From assembly GCF_001194135.2 (NCBI RefSeq), contig NC_068983.1, forward strand, positions 81,760,805-81,812,982: 52,178 nt of DNA, in the 5' to 3' direction. This DNA comes from Octopus bimaculoides (lineage: Eukaryota). This document shows positions 36,005 to 48,879 of the stretch, in pieces. Position 1 is the first letter of the stretch; the number at the start of each line of letters is the position of its first letter. Under the pieces are notes generated by a model. The model was not told where the DNA came from. It did not search any database and saw nothing but the letters and a program-made list of their open reading frames with translations. Made by a program: the position numbers and the translations under genes.

Positions 36005-36986
36005 ACTCTTTACTCTTTTACTTGTTTCAGTCATTCGACTGTGGCCATGCCTTTAGTCGAGCAAATCGACACCAGGACTTATTCCTTGTAAGCCTAGTAC
36101 TTATTCTATTGGTGCCTTTTGCTGAACCGCTAAGTTACGGGGACATAAACACACCAGCAGTGGTTGTCAAGCAATGTTGGGGGTGGGGAACAAACAGAGA
36201 CACACATATATAAAAAAATATACATATATACGATGGGCTTCTTTCAGTTTCCATCTACCAAATCCACTCACAAGGCTTTGGTCGGCCCAAGGCTATAATA
36301 GAAGACACTTGCCCAAGGTGCCACGCANNNNNNNNNNGGCTATAATAGAAGACACTTGCCCAAGGTGCCACGCAGTGGGACTGAATCCTGAACCATGTGG
36401 TTGGTAAGCAAGCTACTTACCACACAGCCACTCCTGCGCCTATGCAAATGATTTTAAAGATTATTTTGAACTAATCCCCCTTTTGTAAGTTTACTGCATA
36501 GTGATGCTCTCTCAGATTTTTATATCCCCTTTGATATCAATCCACTTAAAACCAGCCTTCATTCTATGATAAAAAATACCCTGTTTAAAAATTCAAAATG
36601 GTCTTAATTCATCCTTTAACTGTGAGTTATTTTTAGTCGGTAAGTTTCCTTCTCTCCACAGGCCATTTGACTCTGATCAAACTTTGCTGGTACTACATCT
36701 ATGATTCTAATAGGATCAACAAAGAAAATTGTATACTAGTTTTCCTTTTATTTTTCTTTTACTTGTTTCAGTCATTAGACTGTGGCCAGGCTGGGGCACT
36801 ACCTTGAAGAATTTAAGTCAAATGAATCGACCCTAGTACTAACCTTTTAAAAAAATACTGTTACTTATTCTATCAGTCATTTTGCCAGTATGCTATGTTG
36901 TAGGGATGTAAACACATCAACACTGGTTGTCAAGCACGGTTGGACAACAAACAGAAACCAAAGGCATGTGCGCGCGCACACGCACT

Positions 36987-37017
<31 letters not shown>

Positions 37018-37612
37018 GATGGGCTTCATTTCAGTTTTCGTCAACCACATTCACTCACAAGGCTTTGGTCTGCTAGAGGGTATAGTAGAAGATACTTGCC
37101 CAAGGTGCTATGCAGTGGGACTGATCCCAGAACCATGTACATCTACATCTGTGCCTATTCAAGAAAGTCAGTTGCTTGATACCTGAACTGCATCGTTTCA
37201 AACTTAGTATCTCAGGAATTCCTCTCCAATCTTAGACACCTCTTACATCACACTTAATGGTTAGCATAACAGTTAGCATAATAGCATCAATGAACAACAT
37301 AGATTGCTTCCAGATGAAGATCAGACTTAAACATTGCATTGTGGGATACATGGCTTGTTTCTAAAGTGTTTAGTTAGTTTGCCAAAAATCTGGAAACTAC
37401 AGACAAATTCCCATAAATCATATTCCACCACCTTAAAAAAATTATATATTGTCTGTGTGGTTGTGTGGTAAGAAGCTTGCTTCCCAACCAGATGGTTCCA
37501 AGTTCAGTCCCACTATGTGGCACTTTGGGCAAATGCCTTGTACTATAACCTTGGGCTGATCAAAGTCTTGTGAGTGGATTTGGTAGATGGAAATTGAAAG
37601 AAAACTGTCATA
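36005..37612. mobile_element. Three SINE A copies (- about 36005-36442, - about 36750-37155, + about 37450-37612)
   Basis: Motif matches to the other A copies. Confidence 0.85.
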
Positions 37613-38082
37613 TATATATANNNNNNNNNNNNNNNNNNNNNNNNNNNNNNNNNNNNNNNNNNNNNNNNNNNNNNNNNNNNNNNNNNNNNNNNNNNNNNNN
37701 NNNNNNNNNNNNNNNNNNNNNNNNNNNNNNNNNNNNNNNNNNNNNNNNNNNNNNNNNNNNNNNNNNNNNNNNNNNNNNNNNNNNNNNNNNNNNNNNNNNN
37801 NNNNNNNNNNNNNNNNNNNNNNNNNNNNNNNNNNNNNNNNNNNNNNNNNNNNNNNNNNNNNNNNNNNNNNNNNNNNNNNNNNNNNNNNNNNNNNNNNNNN
37901 NNNNNNNNNNNNNNNNNNNNNNNNNNNNNNNNNNNNNNNNNNNNNNNNNNNNNNNNNNNNNNNNNNNNNNNNNNNNNNNNNNNNNNNNNNNNNNNNNNNN
38001 NNNNNNNNNNNNNNNNNNNNNNNNNNNNNNNNNNNNNNNNNNNNNNNNNNNNNNNNNNNNNNNNNNNNNNNNNNNNNNNNNN

Positions 38083-38130
<48 letters not shown>

Positions 38131-38159
38131 GTATGTATATATGTTTATATCTATGTGTG

Positions 38160-38625
38160 TGTATCTTATTTCTTTATTGCCCACAAGGGGCTAAACACAG
38201 AGAGGACAAACAAGGACAGACAAAATCGATTACATCGACCCCAGTGCGTAACTGGTACTTAATTTATTGACCCCGAAAGGATGAAAGGCAAAGTCGACCT
38301 CGGTGGAATTTGAATTCAGGACGTAGCGGCAGACGAAATACCGCTAAGCATTTCACCTGGCGTGCTAACGTTTCTGCCAGCTCGCCGCCTTGATATGTGT
38401 GTGTATCTTAGTGCCTATGTTTGTTCTTCCACCATTGCATGACAGCCAGTGTTGTTATGTTTACATCCCTGTAACTTAGCAGCTTGGCCTAAGAGATCAA
38501 TAGAATGTATATCAGGCTTGAAAAAGAAATGTACTGGGGTTGATTCAGTCGCCTAAAATTCTTCATGGAAATGTCCCAGCATGGCCACAGTCTAATGACT
38601 GAAGCAAGTAAAAGATAGAAGATAG
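38160..38625. mobile_element. Young SINE B (-, 38160-38391) plus a SINE A 3' half (+, about 38410-38625)
   Basis: Intact CpG-rich head CTGCCAGCTCGCCGCCTT; A-type body downstream. Confidence 0.85.
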
Positions 38626-39198
38626 TCCAACACACACATCAAGATACTCGGTCATTGCTGGAATATAATTGATTGTAAGCTTACAGGCCTGCTTAGGTTG
38701 GGATCACCTTGTGCTATGACACAAGAATGACAACAAGAACAAAAGTGAATCAAGGAGGAAGCCTCTATGTAATCGTTCAACTTGCTAGAAATAGCAGCCA
38801 TTTCTCCCTCAGATCATAACCTACCATCTTAAATGAAGGCCCTACATATAGGATAAAACGGTTCTATGTCATTGGTGGTCAACACTTAAAATATCTTTGA
38901 TCATAATGTCTACTTGATCAGGAAGCTGACCTTGGGTTTAACGAAAACACCACCTCCAACAACAACAACAACAACAGCAATGCAAAAAAGTAAGACAACA
39001 ATAACAACAATTGTGAATGGTAGCATAATCAAGAACATAAAAAAAATACAAAGCAAAGAAAATAATGGTTAAAAATCAAAAGATTTACTTTGATCGCAGG
39101 AACAACAACAACAACAACAACAACAAAAATCATCTTACTTTCAGTATAACAACAAATACCACTACACTAGTAGTAGTAGTAGTAGTAGTGGTAGTAGT

Positions 39199-39234
<36 letters not shown>

Positions 39235-39500
39235 GGTGGTGGTGGTGGTGGTGGTGGTAGTAGTAATAGTAGTGGTAGTATTAGTTGTGGTAGTAGTAGT
39301 TGTCATTGTTATTGTTGCTGTGATGGTGGTGGTGGTGGTGGTTGTAGTGGTTGTGGTGATGGTAGTAGTAATGATGGTAGTGGTAGTAGTAGTAGTTGTG
39401 GTGGTGGTGGTAGTGGTTGTAGTGGTGGTAACAGTAGTAGTAGCGGTGGTGGTGGAGGTGATGGTAGTGGTGGTATTATTATTATTATTATTATTATTAT

Positions 39501-39531
<31 letters not shown>

Positions 39532-40384
39532 TAATAGCAAGAACATCGAGAATAACAAGATGACAATGCCAGCATAAAAATGTCTCTATAATGCTGTTTT
39601 ACCAATGCAACAAAAAGTACAAAAAAATATGTACAAAAAAGTACAAAAAGCAATGTAAAAAAAAAGGAAAAAAAAAACATGACAACAACAACAACAAAAA
39701 GTGCAGCTATTGCAAGGACATCAATGACAACATCAACAATAATAAGAAACATTCTATTTTCTCTTTGTCCCCCCTCCTTCCACCGTCTCAATCTCCCACC
39801 CCATCTCTCTCTCTTTCTTTCTCTTCCTCTTTTTCTCTCTCCTGTACAAGAGGAGTTTGTAGGGTCACAGCCAGGTGGCAAATACTTTCAATTACAGATG
39901 TAGATTAATTAAGAGACAAATAAATGCACTCAGGAGGCAAAACAGTGTTTGGTGTAAAAAGCAATCCATTATCGAAACCCTTTCACAGAAAACAACATAG
40001 GAAATCATCATCATCACCTCTGCTGCCGCCATTACCGCCATCATCGTCATCATCATCATCGCCGTCACCAACAACGACAACAACACCACCACCACCAACA
40101 ATAACAACAACAGCCACTGTGGTATAAAGAACTGCAGCAGCTATAAAAGCAGCAGTAATTACACCAATAGAGACAGCAGCAGTAACAACAGCGACAACGA
40201 CTGAGGCAGCTGCATGATATGCAGTTAAATGTATAGATAACAACAACATGAACAACATCAACTATAATGATAGGAGTGATGAGATGATGATAAAAATGAT
40301 GGAGGTGTCCATGTTGATCATGACAACAATGATGATGATGATGATGATTATAAAATAATAATAATGATAATATTGATAATAATA

Positions 40385-40985
40385 ATGCCCTGATACAGCA
40401 CCATATGTCCTGATGCAGTACCAAGCAATGGTTCTCATGGCTTCTGATCTTAACTGATTCGAGGTGTTATCATGTATAACATGTATATCATGTATAACAT
40501 GTATATCATGTATATCATGTTTTGTCTTGGTATAAAAAGATGGGCTACAGCAAATATTCTGCTTAATACCACAGATTTGCTTGTCAGTTGCTTGATCTTA
40601 ACCAGTTGAGCATGTCCCTTAGTGGCTGACAATATGTGCATCTCTGATCATGAGCAGAAGTAGTAGAGGAGCATCATGGCCATGTGCTGAGAGGAATTCT
40701 TTGCAGTTTGAATAATTCACCTCTGGAAACTTGGGTGTTTCATTCAACATCCTTAAACAACTCTTAATCAGGTACCTTTTGAGTGAGAAGGGCTACTCGA
40801 CCCGAAGAAAATTCTAACTGAGCCCCAACCACAAGGTCAATCACTGTTTATCTTGATATAAGATCACCATATTGAGTACAAGTAGTTGTGATACATGTGC
40901 CTTGTGTACCCTTATCATATGGGAATCATGATGGGTCTACTGGGCTTCGCATAATTGCACCTCGGCATGCATTGCTCTCTCACTC
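40385..40985 (+). mobile_element. Family C element with a 5' duplication and an internal 9-bp minisatellite
   Basis: GCCCTGATACAGCACCATAT-GTCCTGATGCAGTACC start; (TATCATGTA/TAACATGTA)x6; ends CTCTCTCACTC-(AAT)n. Confidence 0.9.
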
Positions 40986-41000
40986 AATAATAACAATAAC

Positions 41001-41039
<39 letters not shown>

Positions 41040-41673
41040 CCTTTCTACTATAGGCATAAGCCCTGACATTTTGGGGGAGGGGGATAATCAATTATATCAT
41101 CCCCAGTGCTCCACTGGTACTTATTTCATTGACCCCCCCTCCCTAAAAGGATGACCTCAGGGAATGAGCATATAGAGAGAAGGAGGGATGGGGGGGAGAT
41201 GAGGTTAAAAGGTCTAGTGAGTAGGAAGGAATGCACGTATGTAGTATATAGGTGGTGGGGGTGCTCATCCCCTCTACCCTGTAAGATCAACTGACCATTA
41301 AAATATACCGCTACCATCCTTCACCTCTATCTCTCCTCCATCCCCTTTCACATTCTGTCTTCATGACTTGACCTAATTACCACTCATCCGTCACCTGACT
41401 TGGCCATTCTTCAAGTAAACAAGCTAAAATCCATCGCAGTATGACATATATTCACCTCTGCTATCTATGCTATATCAGCCTTCGTTCCAACATCTATTTC
41501 TGGATTATCCCCATAAGGATTACTTTACACGGATTTCTACACGGATATTTACTACTGAAATGAAACTACACTTCAAGTACTGTTCTCTCTTTTTTCAGCG
41601 CATCACACTCTTTACCACTTCATACTAAAAATATCCGCCTATGGATATAATAATAGATTACTTTATTTTTTCT

Positions 41674-41722
41674 GTCTCCGATGAAGGGAAGTACTGGATC
41701 TTCCCAGAAACAGCTGTAAGAC
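41674..41722 (+). ncRNA. Minimal hammerhead-like motif, GUA site, U4C core
   Basis: GTCT | CCGATGA | A | GGGAAG-TACTGGAT-CTTCCC | A | GAA | AC-AGCT-GT | A | AGAC; probably the terminus of a PLE-type fragment (upstream extent unclear). Confidence 0.7.
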
Positions 41723-41796
41723 TCTATCCATAAAATACTTCTCCAACCTTACCATTGCTCTCTTTATCTTTTTATTTTTATATATTTACATATGTA

Positions 41797-41832
<36 letters not shown>

Positions 41833-41997
41833 TATATTAGGGTGTTCGGAAAGTAATTACATTTTTTCACCATTATGAACTATAAATCAACCAATCACGT
41901 CAGAGCCAAGGTCGAATGGGCAGGAACTGTCTAGAAATATACATCATCTTTTTGATCCAGCAGTGTGTCATTCAAAGTTATTTTGATAATTAACCCC

Positions 41998-42446
41998 ATG
42001 GAGGATAAGAGCTTTATGATACAACATATTTACCATTGTTTACTGTATGAGTTTCAAAATAAAAGTAACACTACAGAAACAATGGAAAACATTTGTGAAG
42101 TGTATCTGGATGCAGTGAAAGCTCAGACATGTCAGCTGTGATTTAAAAGGTTTAAAGATGGTGGTTGTGACATATTTGACAAGCCCCGCTCTGGAAGATG
42201 CCCTGCTCTGAATGATACGCTTTTGAATGAGATTGTTGTATTGCATCCATATCAAAGCACCAGAGGTTTGGTGCAAAAATTTAATGTCGAGTAGCTGTGT
42301 GGTAAGTAGCTTGCTTAGCAACCACATGGTTCTAGGTTCAGTCCCACTGCGTGGCACCTTGGCTAAGTGTCTTCTACTATAGCCCTGGGCTGACCAAAGC
42401 CTTGTGAGTGGATTTGATAGACAGAAACTGAAAGAAGCCCGTCGTA

Positions 42447-42493
<47 letters not shown>

Positions 42494-43398
42494 ATATGTT
42501 TGTGTGTCTGTGTTTGTCCCCACAAACATTGCTTGACAACCGATGGTGGTGTGTTTACGTCCCCGTAACTTAGCAGTTCGGCAAAAGAGACTGATAGAAT
42601 AAGTACTAGGCTTACAAAGAATAAGTCCTGGGGTTGATTTACTTGACTAAAAGCAGTGCTCTAGCATGGCCACAGTCAAATGACTGAAGTAAGTAGAAAG
42701 AGTATGAATGAGAATATCAAGCCAATTGGGAAAACATGCAAAGAGAGAATTTTGGTTCCACATGAGCTTACACTTGAGAACCAACTATCTGCAGTAGCCT
42801 TCTGACCTGGAATAACAACCTATCATTTCTGCTGTGTATTGTTGCAGGTGATGAAAAATGGGTTTTGCATCTCAACAGAAAATATAAAAGACAGTGATTA
42901 ACATGTAATGAGAGGCCATCCGAAACACCATCCACAAAAATCGTAGCACTGTGTTTGGTGGAACATGAAAGGTATCATTCATTACGAGCTACTGGAACAT
43001 GAACCATCAATGCAGATGTCGATTACCAACAGCTTAATTGTGTAATTGAAAAACTACATCAAATGTGGCCAGCTTTGGTAAATGGAAAAGGTATTATTCT
43101 CCAGCATGATAATGCATAACCACACTCTTCAAAACAAACCCAAGAAAAAATAAAATCGTAAGGATGGGAAGTTCTTCCTCATCTGCCATACTCACCTGGC
43201 TTAGCAACTATGGATTTCCATCTGTTCTAATCACTAGAACATTTTATAAGAGGCAAAACATTCAGAAACAGAGAGTTGAAAACAGTCTATCAGACTTTTT
43301 CAGGAAAAGAATTGGGTTTCTTTGAATGTAGCATAAAAATGTTACTTTCCCATTGGGCTGTAGTCATTGAAAACGATGGTGATTACATTCTTGATTAA
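41998..43398 (+). pseudogene. Mariner transposase pseudogene
   Basis: MEDKSFMIQHIYHCLLYEFQ...FKRFKDG...DKPRSGR (HTH), WVPHEL, IVAGDEKWV, CVWWNMKGIIHYELL, LQHDNA*PH, WEVLPHLPYSPGLATMDFHLF, HWAVVIENDGDYILD*; several stops and frameshifts. Confidence 0.9.
42291..42715 (+). mobile_element. SINE A nested in the mariner ORF
   Basis: Interrupts the transposase between FNVE and KPIGKTCK. Confidence 0.9.
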
Positions 43399-43489
43399 AA
43401 CTATTCAGATAAACGTAGTTTACATTCGTTTTTATATCCTTTCTGGTAAAACACATTTACTTTCTGAATACCCCAACACAAACACACGT

Positions 43490-43524
<35 letters not shown>

Positions 43525-43527
<3 letters not shown>

Positions 43528-43680
43528 GTATACAGGCTGATTTTTTCTACCAAATTCCTTCACAAAGGTTTCGTCAGCTTGCAGCTATTGTAGAAGACGC
43601 TTGCCCACAGTGCCATACATTGGGATAGAACCTGGAACCATGAGGTTGAGAAGCAAACTGCTTACCACACAGCTATATCT
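43525..43680 (-). mobile_element. Degenerate SINE A 5' half
   Basis: CTACCAAATTCCTTCACAAAGG...GAAGACGCTTGCCC...GCAAACTGCTTACCACACAGC. Confidence 0.75.
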
Positions 43681-44114
43681 ATACCAATAATATGAAGTGC
43701 TGCTAAGCATTTTATCCAGCATACTAACAATTCTCTGGATCACTACAATTTAGCATGCTGGACAAAGTGCCTGCCTTTGGGTAACAGAAAATACAGGAGG
43801 ATCAGTAAATTGAGATTTTATTCAACATATTCCCCTCTCAGATTCACACATCTATTGCAGTGGTCCTTCAATTTTTCTAAGCCCTGTAAAAGTACTCAGG
43901 AGGTTGGGCCTCCAGCCAGGCCTTTCATGATACCCTTAAAGCCAAGAACTTTTCAGCACCTGTTCGTGTATATATTAATGGATGCATGCATGTATGTATG
44001 TATGTATGTATGTATGTTATCAATCAGTTTCATTTCTGTATTTCTTGTCCATAGAGAAAGAGCCGGACTCTAACATAGATTCAAGGCTCCTTCATTGGAA
44101 CTTTTATATATATA

Positions 44115-44291
44115 TCATCATCATCATCATCATCGTTTAACGTCCGCTTTCCATGCTAGCATGGGTTGGACGATTTGACTGAGGACTGGTGCAACCGGAT
44201 GGCTACACCAGGCTCCAATCTAATTTGGCAGAGTTTCTACAGCTGGATGCCCTTCCTAACACCAACCACTCAGAGAGTGTAGTGGGTGCTT
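44115..44291 (-). mobile_element. SINE D running into a gap
   Basis: Near-identical to 32862-33040. Confidence 0.9.
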
Positions 44292-45230
44292 NNNNNNNNN
44301 NNNNNNNNNNNNNNNNNNNNNNNNNNNNNNNNNNNNNNNNNNNNNNNNNNNNNNNNNNNNNNNNNNNNNNNNNNNNNNNNNNNNNNNNNNNNNNNNNNNN
44401 NNNNNNNNNNNNNNNNNNNNNNNNNNNNNNNNNNNNNNNNNNNNNNNNNNNNNNNNNNNNNNNNNNNNNNNNNNNNNNNNNNNNNNNNNNNNNNNNNNNN
44501 NNNNNNNNNNNNNNNNNNNNNNNNNNNNNNNNNNNNNNNNNNNNNNNNNNNNNNNNNNNNNNNNNNNNNNNNNNNNNNNNNNNNNNNNNNNNNNNNNNNN
44601 NNNNNNNNNNNNNNNNNNNNNNNNNNNNNNNNNNNNNNNNNNNNNNNNNNNNNNNNNNNNNNNNNNNNNNNNNNNNNNNNNNNNNNNNNNNNNNNNNNNN
44701 NNNNNNNNNNNNNNNNNNNNNNNNNNNNNNNNNNNNNNNNNNNNNNNNNNNNNNNNNNNNNNNNNNNNNNNNNNNNNNNNNNNNNNNNNNNNNNNNNNNN
44801 NNNNNNNNNNNNNNNNNNNNNNNNNNNNNNNNNNNNNNNNNNNNNNNNNNNNNNNNNNNNNNNNNNNNNNNNNNNNNNNNNNNNNNNNNNNNNNNNNNNN
44901 NNNNNNNNNNNNNNNNNNNNNNNNNNNNNNNNNNNNNNNNNNNNNNNNNNNNNNNNNNNNNNNNNNNNNNNNNNNNNNNNNNNNNNNNNNNNNNNNNNNN
45001 NNNNNNNNNNNNNNNNNNNNNNNNNNNNNNNNNNNNNNNNNNNNNNNNNNNNNNNNNNNNNNNNNNNNNNNNNNNNNNNNNNNNNNNNNNNNNNNNNNNN
45101 NNNNNNNNNNNNNATATATATATACACCGGAGTAAGCACATAAATGTGCAACAAGGTGGAAAAAAGAGTACTTAAATACCAGAGGTAGAGTAATATGGTT
45201 TATTTAAAAGCAGCAGAAATATAACAAAAG

Positions 45231-45270
45231 ATTGTTACTCGGAGTTTCACGTTCCCGTTCATTGGACAGT
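45231..45270 (-). ncRNA. Minimal hammerhead-like motif, GUA site, within a PLE-type terminal fragment (about 45125-45280)
   Basis: ACTGT | CCAATGA | ACG-GGAA-CGT | GAA | ACTC-C-GAGT | A | ACAAT. GNRA-capped stem II; core consistent with CpG decay of CCGATGA; one stem I mismatch. Confidence 0.7.
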
Positions 45271-45306
45271 TTTGTTAGAAAAAAAAATATATATATATAA
45301 ATAAAA

Positions 45307-45355
<49 letters not shown>

Positions 45356-45551
45356 TATAGATGCTTGTGAGTGTATATGAACATACATGCATACATACCT
45401 ACACATACATATATACCAACTAAAGAAACAATGTTCAATACAACTGGAGTGAAATTACAATAACTGAAATATTGCGATTGTAAAATTACAACAAGAATAA
45501 ATATGCATGTGTTTGTATGTTTGTGTGCACACGCACACACACACACACACT

Positions 45552-45584
<33 letters not shown>

Positions 45585-45928
45585 GACTGTATGTATGTAT
45601 GTATGTATATTTGTGTGTGTATGTATTTATGTCTGTGTATTCTCATATGTGTGTGTCTATGTGAGTATGAAACCTACTCTTTGTCTATATCATCATCTAC
45701 ATGTATAAACTTTAAGGTAACTCCACATACAGATATATTTTATGTGTGCTTAGCTAAATAAAGGTGAGATAAAATATACAAATGATGCAATATAACCAAA
45801 TTTAAAGTTTGTGCATATGTATTTATACACACATGCATATTTACTTATAACATTATATTTATCTAAATACTAGTTTGACTCAGGAATTTTCCTATATTAA
45901 ATTAGTGCTGAAATGAGTACGTTGCTTA

Positions 45929-46006
<78 letters not shown>

Positions 46007-47744
46007 ACACACACACACACATGCCCATGTTATGATTTTCTTGGTAACTAAATTTATATGTATATCTGTCTGTATGTTTATTTTGTTAATCATTAGACAT
46101 ATATATGCACATATTTATATGTGTGATTATAAAATATTAAAATATAAAGTATATGCATGCATGTTTGTATATATATATATACATATTCATATATACATAC
46201 ATATATGTGTGTATGTACACACAAACACACATACACACACACATTGAGATATATATATATATATATTTATATGTATATATGTAGGGGATGTATATATGTG
46301 TGTATGTAATAAAATTGAATAAACAGTCAAGAATGTGTATGTTTGTATGTATGTGTGTGTGTACATACGTATTTATCTATGCTTCTTTGTAAGGAAAGAA
46401 ATAAGGAAAAATACACAAATTAAAAAAAAAAATTTGGAAAAACAAAGGCAAAGCTAAGATAATACAGTAATAACAGAAATTTAATAAAAAAAATCACAAA
46501 AGCAAAAACAAAAATAATTCTGTGTTCCTTGTTTTAACTTAATAAATATGTAGAACATTCTCATAACGAAAGCTGTTCATTAAAAAGTTGTTAGCAATCA
46601 AATTATTTTGAAATATCACCTCAATGAGAAATTTTAGCTTTATCTGTGAAATGATAATTGTCTTTTATTATTATTTAAAATAATTTGTTTTCTGACATTA
46701 TTCCATGATATGTATTCAAATATCAGCTATTTTGAAAATGTATACATATGTATACTTAAAAAAAAAACATAAATGCATAGAGATAAATATAGTATTTTGC
46801 AAACACACAAATATATACATTCCTAAATACGTTCCTATGTTAAGCCTATATAGCTTAGCCATCACTTGCAAGCGAGTATAACCTGGTGGTTTGTACCATG
46901 CTTTGGTTAATTGTTTTAGGTCCCTATATAATTATGAGTAGACATAGGCACTCTCTCAGCATTTTCCTTGTTTGGTTCAGAGTTAGTAATAAGGTATTGG
47001 AAAATGTTGGAATTGATATAACTAGTTATAACCCCAACTGTGAAATTTTAGGCAGTGTACCTGTTCAAAATCAGCATCCAGTACAAAGCAACATATTCAC
47101 CTGGTACATTTCTGACCCTTGAAGAATGCTAGCCAATTTTGACCTCTGTTACTTTTGATCTCAAGTGTTAATTTCACAAGGAACTTAATTTTTACCATAT
47201 ATGTATATATATATATGATAAAATGGATGTTAAAATGATGGTGTCTGATGACTCATACCTAGACTTGAGAGAAACAAGAACAAAGTGATACACTTTTGTT
47301 TTTTTATTTCATATTGTAAAATTTATGACTTTTTTTTTTGTTTTAGATTAATACAATGTCAATTTTGGTAACTGGAGAGTGTCAGAATCACTGGAATACA
47401 TTCAGTATCTTCCTGGAAATGAATTTCCTGCCTCTCTTCACGTACCATGCCTACTGGTGTTGGCATACATGGACCTCCATGCCAAAATCTGAAGGGAACA
47501 GTATAGCAGTTGTTTCTTGTTATTTCTGCCAGTTCATTTACAGTTTTGTTTTTTTGCTAGACTCCTGTTCTCTGAAGTATACCCTTGAGTCAAAGGACCT
47601 GTTTAACCCTTTTGGTACTAACTCACCTGGAGTTGCTCCTCATTCTATGATACGCACCTTTTGTTTTGTCACGATCTAAATTAAAATCTTCACCAAAATT
47701 TCATGCTAATTTATGTTCCAGACACCATCTTAATTAATCCTTTC

Positions 47745-47955
47745 TTATTTTGGTACAAGGCCAACTCAGAAGGACTGGTTTCTCAATTTCCATTGGCATA
47801 TAGATTCTTCACCTGGATGGGACACCAGTCCATTGCAGGATTACTCATTTTTGTCAGCTGAGTGGACTGGAGCAATGGGAAAGGAAGTGTTTTGCTCAAG
47901 AACACAATGCATCGCCCGGTCCAGGAATGGAAACCACAATCTTACGATCATTATC
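47745..47955 (-). mobile_element. tRNA-headed SINE family E
   Basis: Reverse complement GATCGTAAGATTGTGGTTTCCATTCCTGGACCGGGCGATGCATTGTGTTCTTGAGCAAAACACTT; B-box-like head. Confidence 0.7.
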
Positions 47956-47979
47956 GCTCCATTTTCTCGATGCCCCTGC

Positions 47980-48035
47980 TGGATCTTTCCACCACCCCCA
48001 GGCGGGGGTGGTACCACCCACTTTGGGAACCACTG
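47980..48035 (-). mobile_element. hAT-type terminus
   Basis: Reverse complement begins CAGTGGTTCCCAAAGTGGGTGGTACCACCCCC. Confidence 0.6.
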
Positions 48036-48129
48036 TGCTAGGACTTTATTAAAGTTACCTTCTCAAGTTATACTGACTCATAAGAGCTGGTGTCCCTAAC
48101 CATGTGCCTCTGCAACAATTTTTGGCAGG

Positions 48130-48405
48130 TTCTCAGCTCGTACTTATTTTATTGACAGTGGAAGGATGAAAGCAAAGTCAGAATTTGAACTCAGAATGTA
48201 AAGACAGACAAAATACCACTAAGCATTTTCTATGGTATGCTAACAATTCAGCCAGCTCACCACCTCAATCTCCATCTTAATATTGACGAAGTTAATTCTG
48301 CCAAGGTCAACTTTGCCTTTCATCCTTCCAGGGTTGATAGATTTAGTACCAGTTGCATACTAGGGTTGATCTCATCGACTGGTTCCCTCCCCCAAAATTT
48401 CAGGC
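48130..48405. mobile_element. Two partial SINE B copies, divergent (- about 48130-48270, + about 48290-48405)
   Basis: Motif matches to the other B copies. Confidence 0.8.
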
Positions 48406-48879
48406 CTGCAGGTAAACCTTCCTCTGAGCCTTGTATGTCTTAGTGAGAAGACTATCTTCTGCTTGACCAATAACTGCAGTTCTTGACAGTTATTACCATT
48501 CTTGGCTAAAGTGGATCTGGAAGTAGAGGTCAGTGAGAGGTCACTTAATACAATCTGAACTACAATCTCACCACTTATACAATATAATGTTTTACCCAGG
48601 ACAGCCATTAATTTATAACCCCAGGAGTAATGAAAGTCAAATTTCACCTTGATGGGTTTTGAGCCCAAGATGAAAAATACTGAGAGAAATTCATCTAAAG
48701 TGCTTCTATCTTAGCCATTCCCCATGTCCTGGTGGTTAGAGAATTAGTTCATATAATTCATATTTAATGAAAAAAGCAAAAAAAAAAAAAATCATATTTA
48801 AATTTATGTTATATGAAATATCATAAAAAGTATGGGAAAATTAGTTACCAAAATTTTTCATTTTCCATTTCGTTATTAA

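Larger units (their letters stand above)
41837..43476 (+). mobile_element. Full-length decayed mariner (DD34D) transposon
   Basis: Imperfect TIRs TTAGGGTGTTCGGAAAGTAATTACATTTT and AAAACACATTTACTTTCTGAATACCCCAA; TA upstream; about 1.2 kb after removing the nested SINE. Confidence 0.9.

Noticed and set aside
36291-36374. 37-bp direct repeat around a 10-N gap
   Set aside because: Assembly overlap inside a SINE A copy
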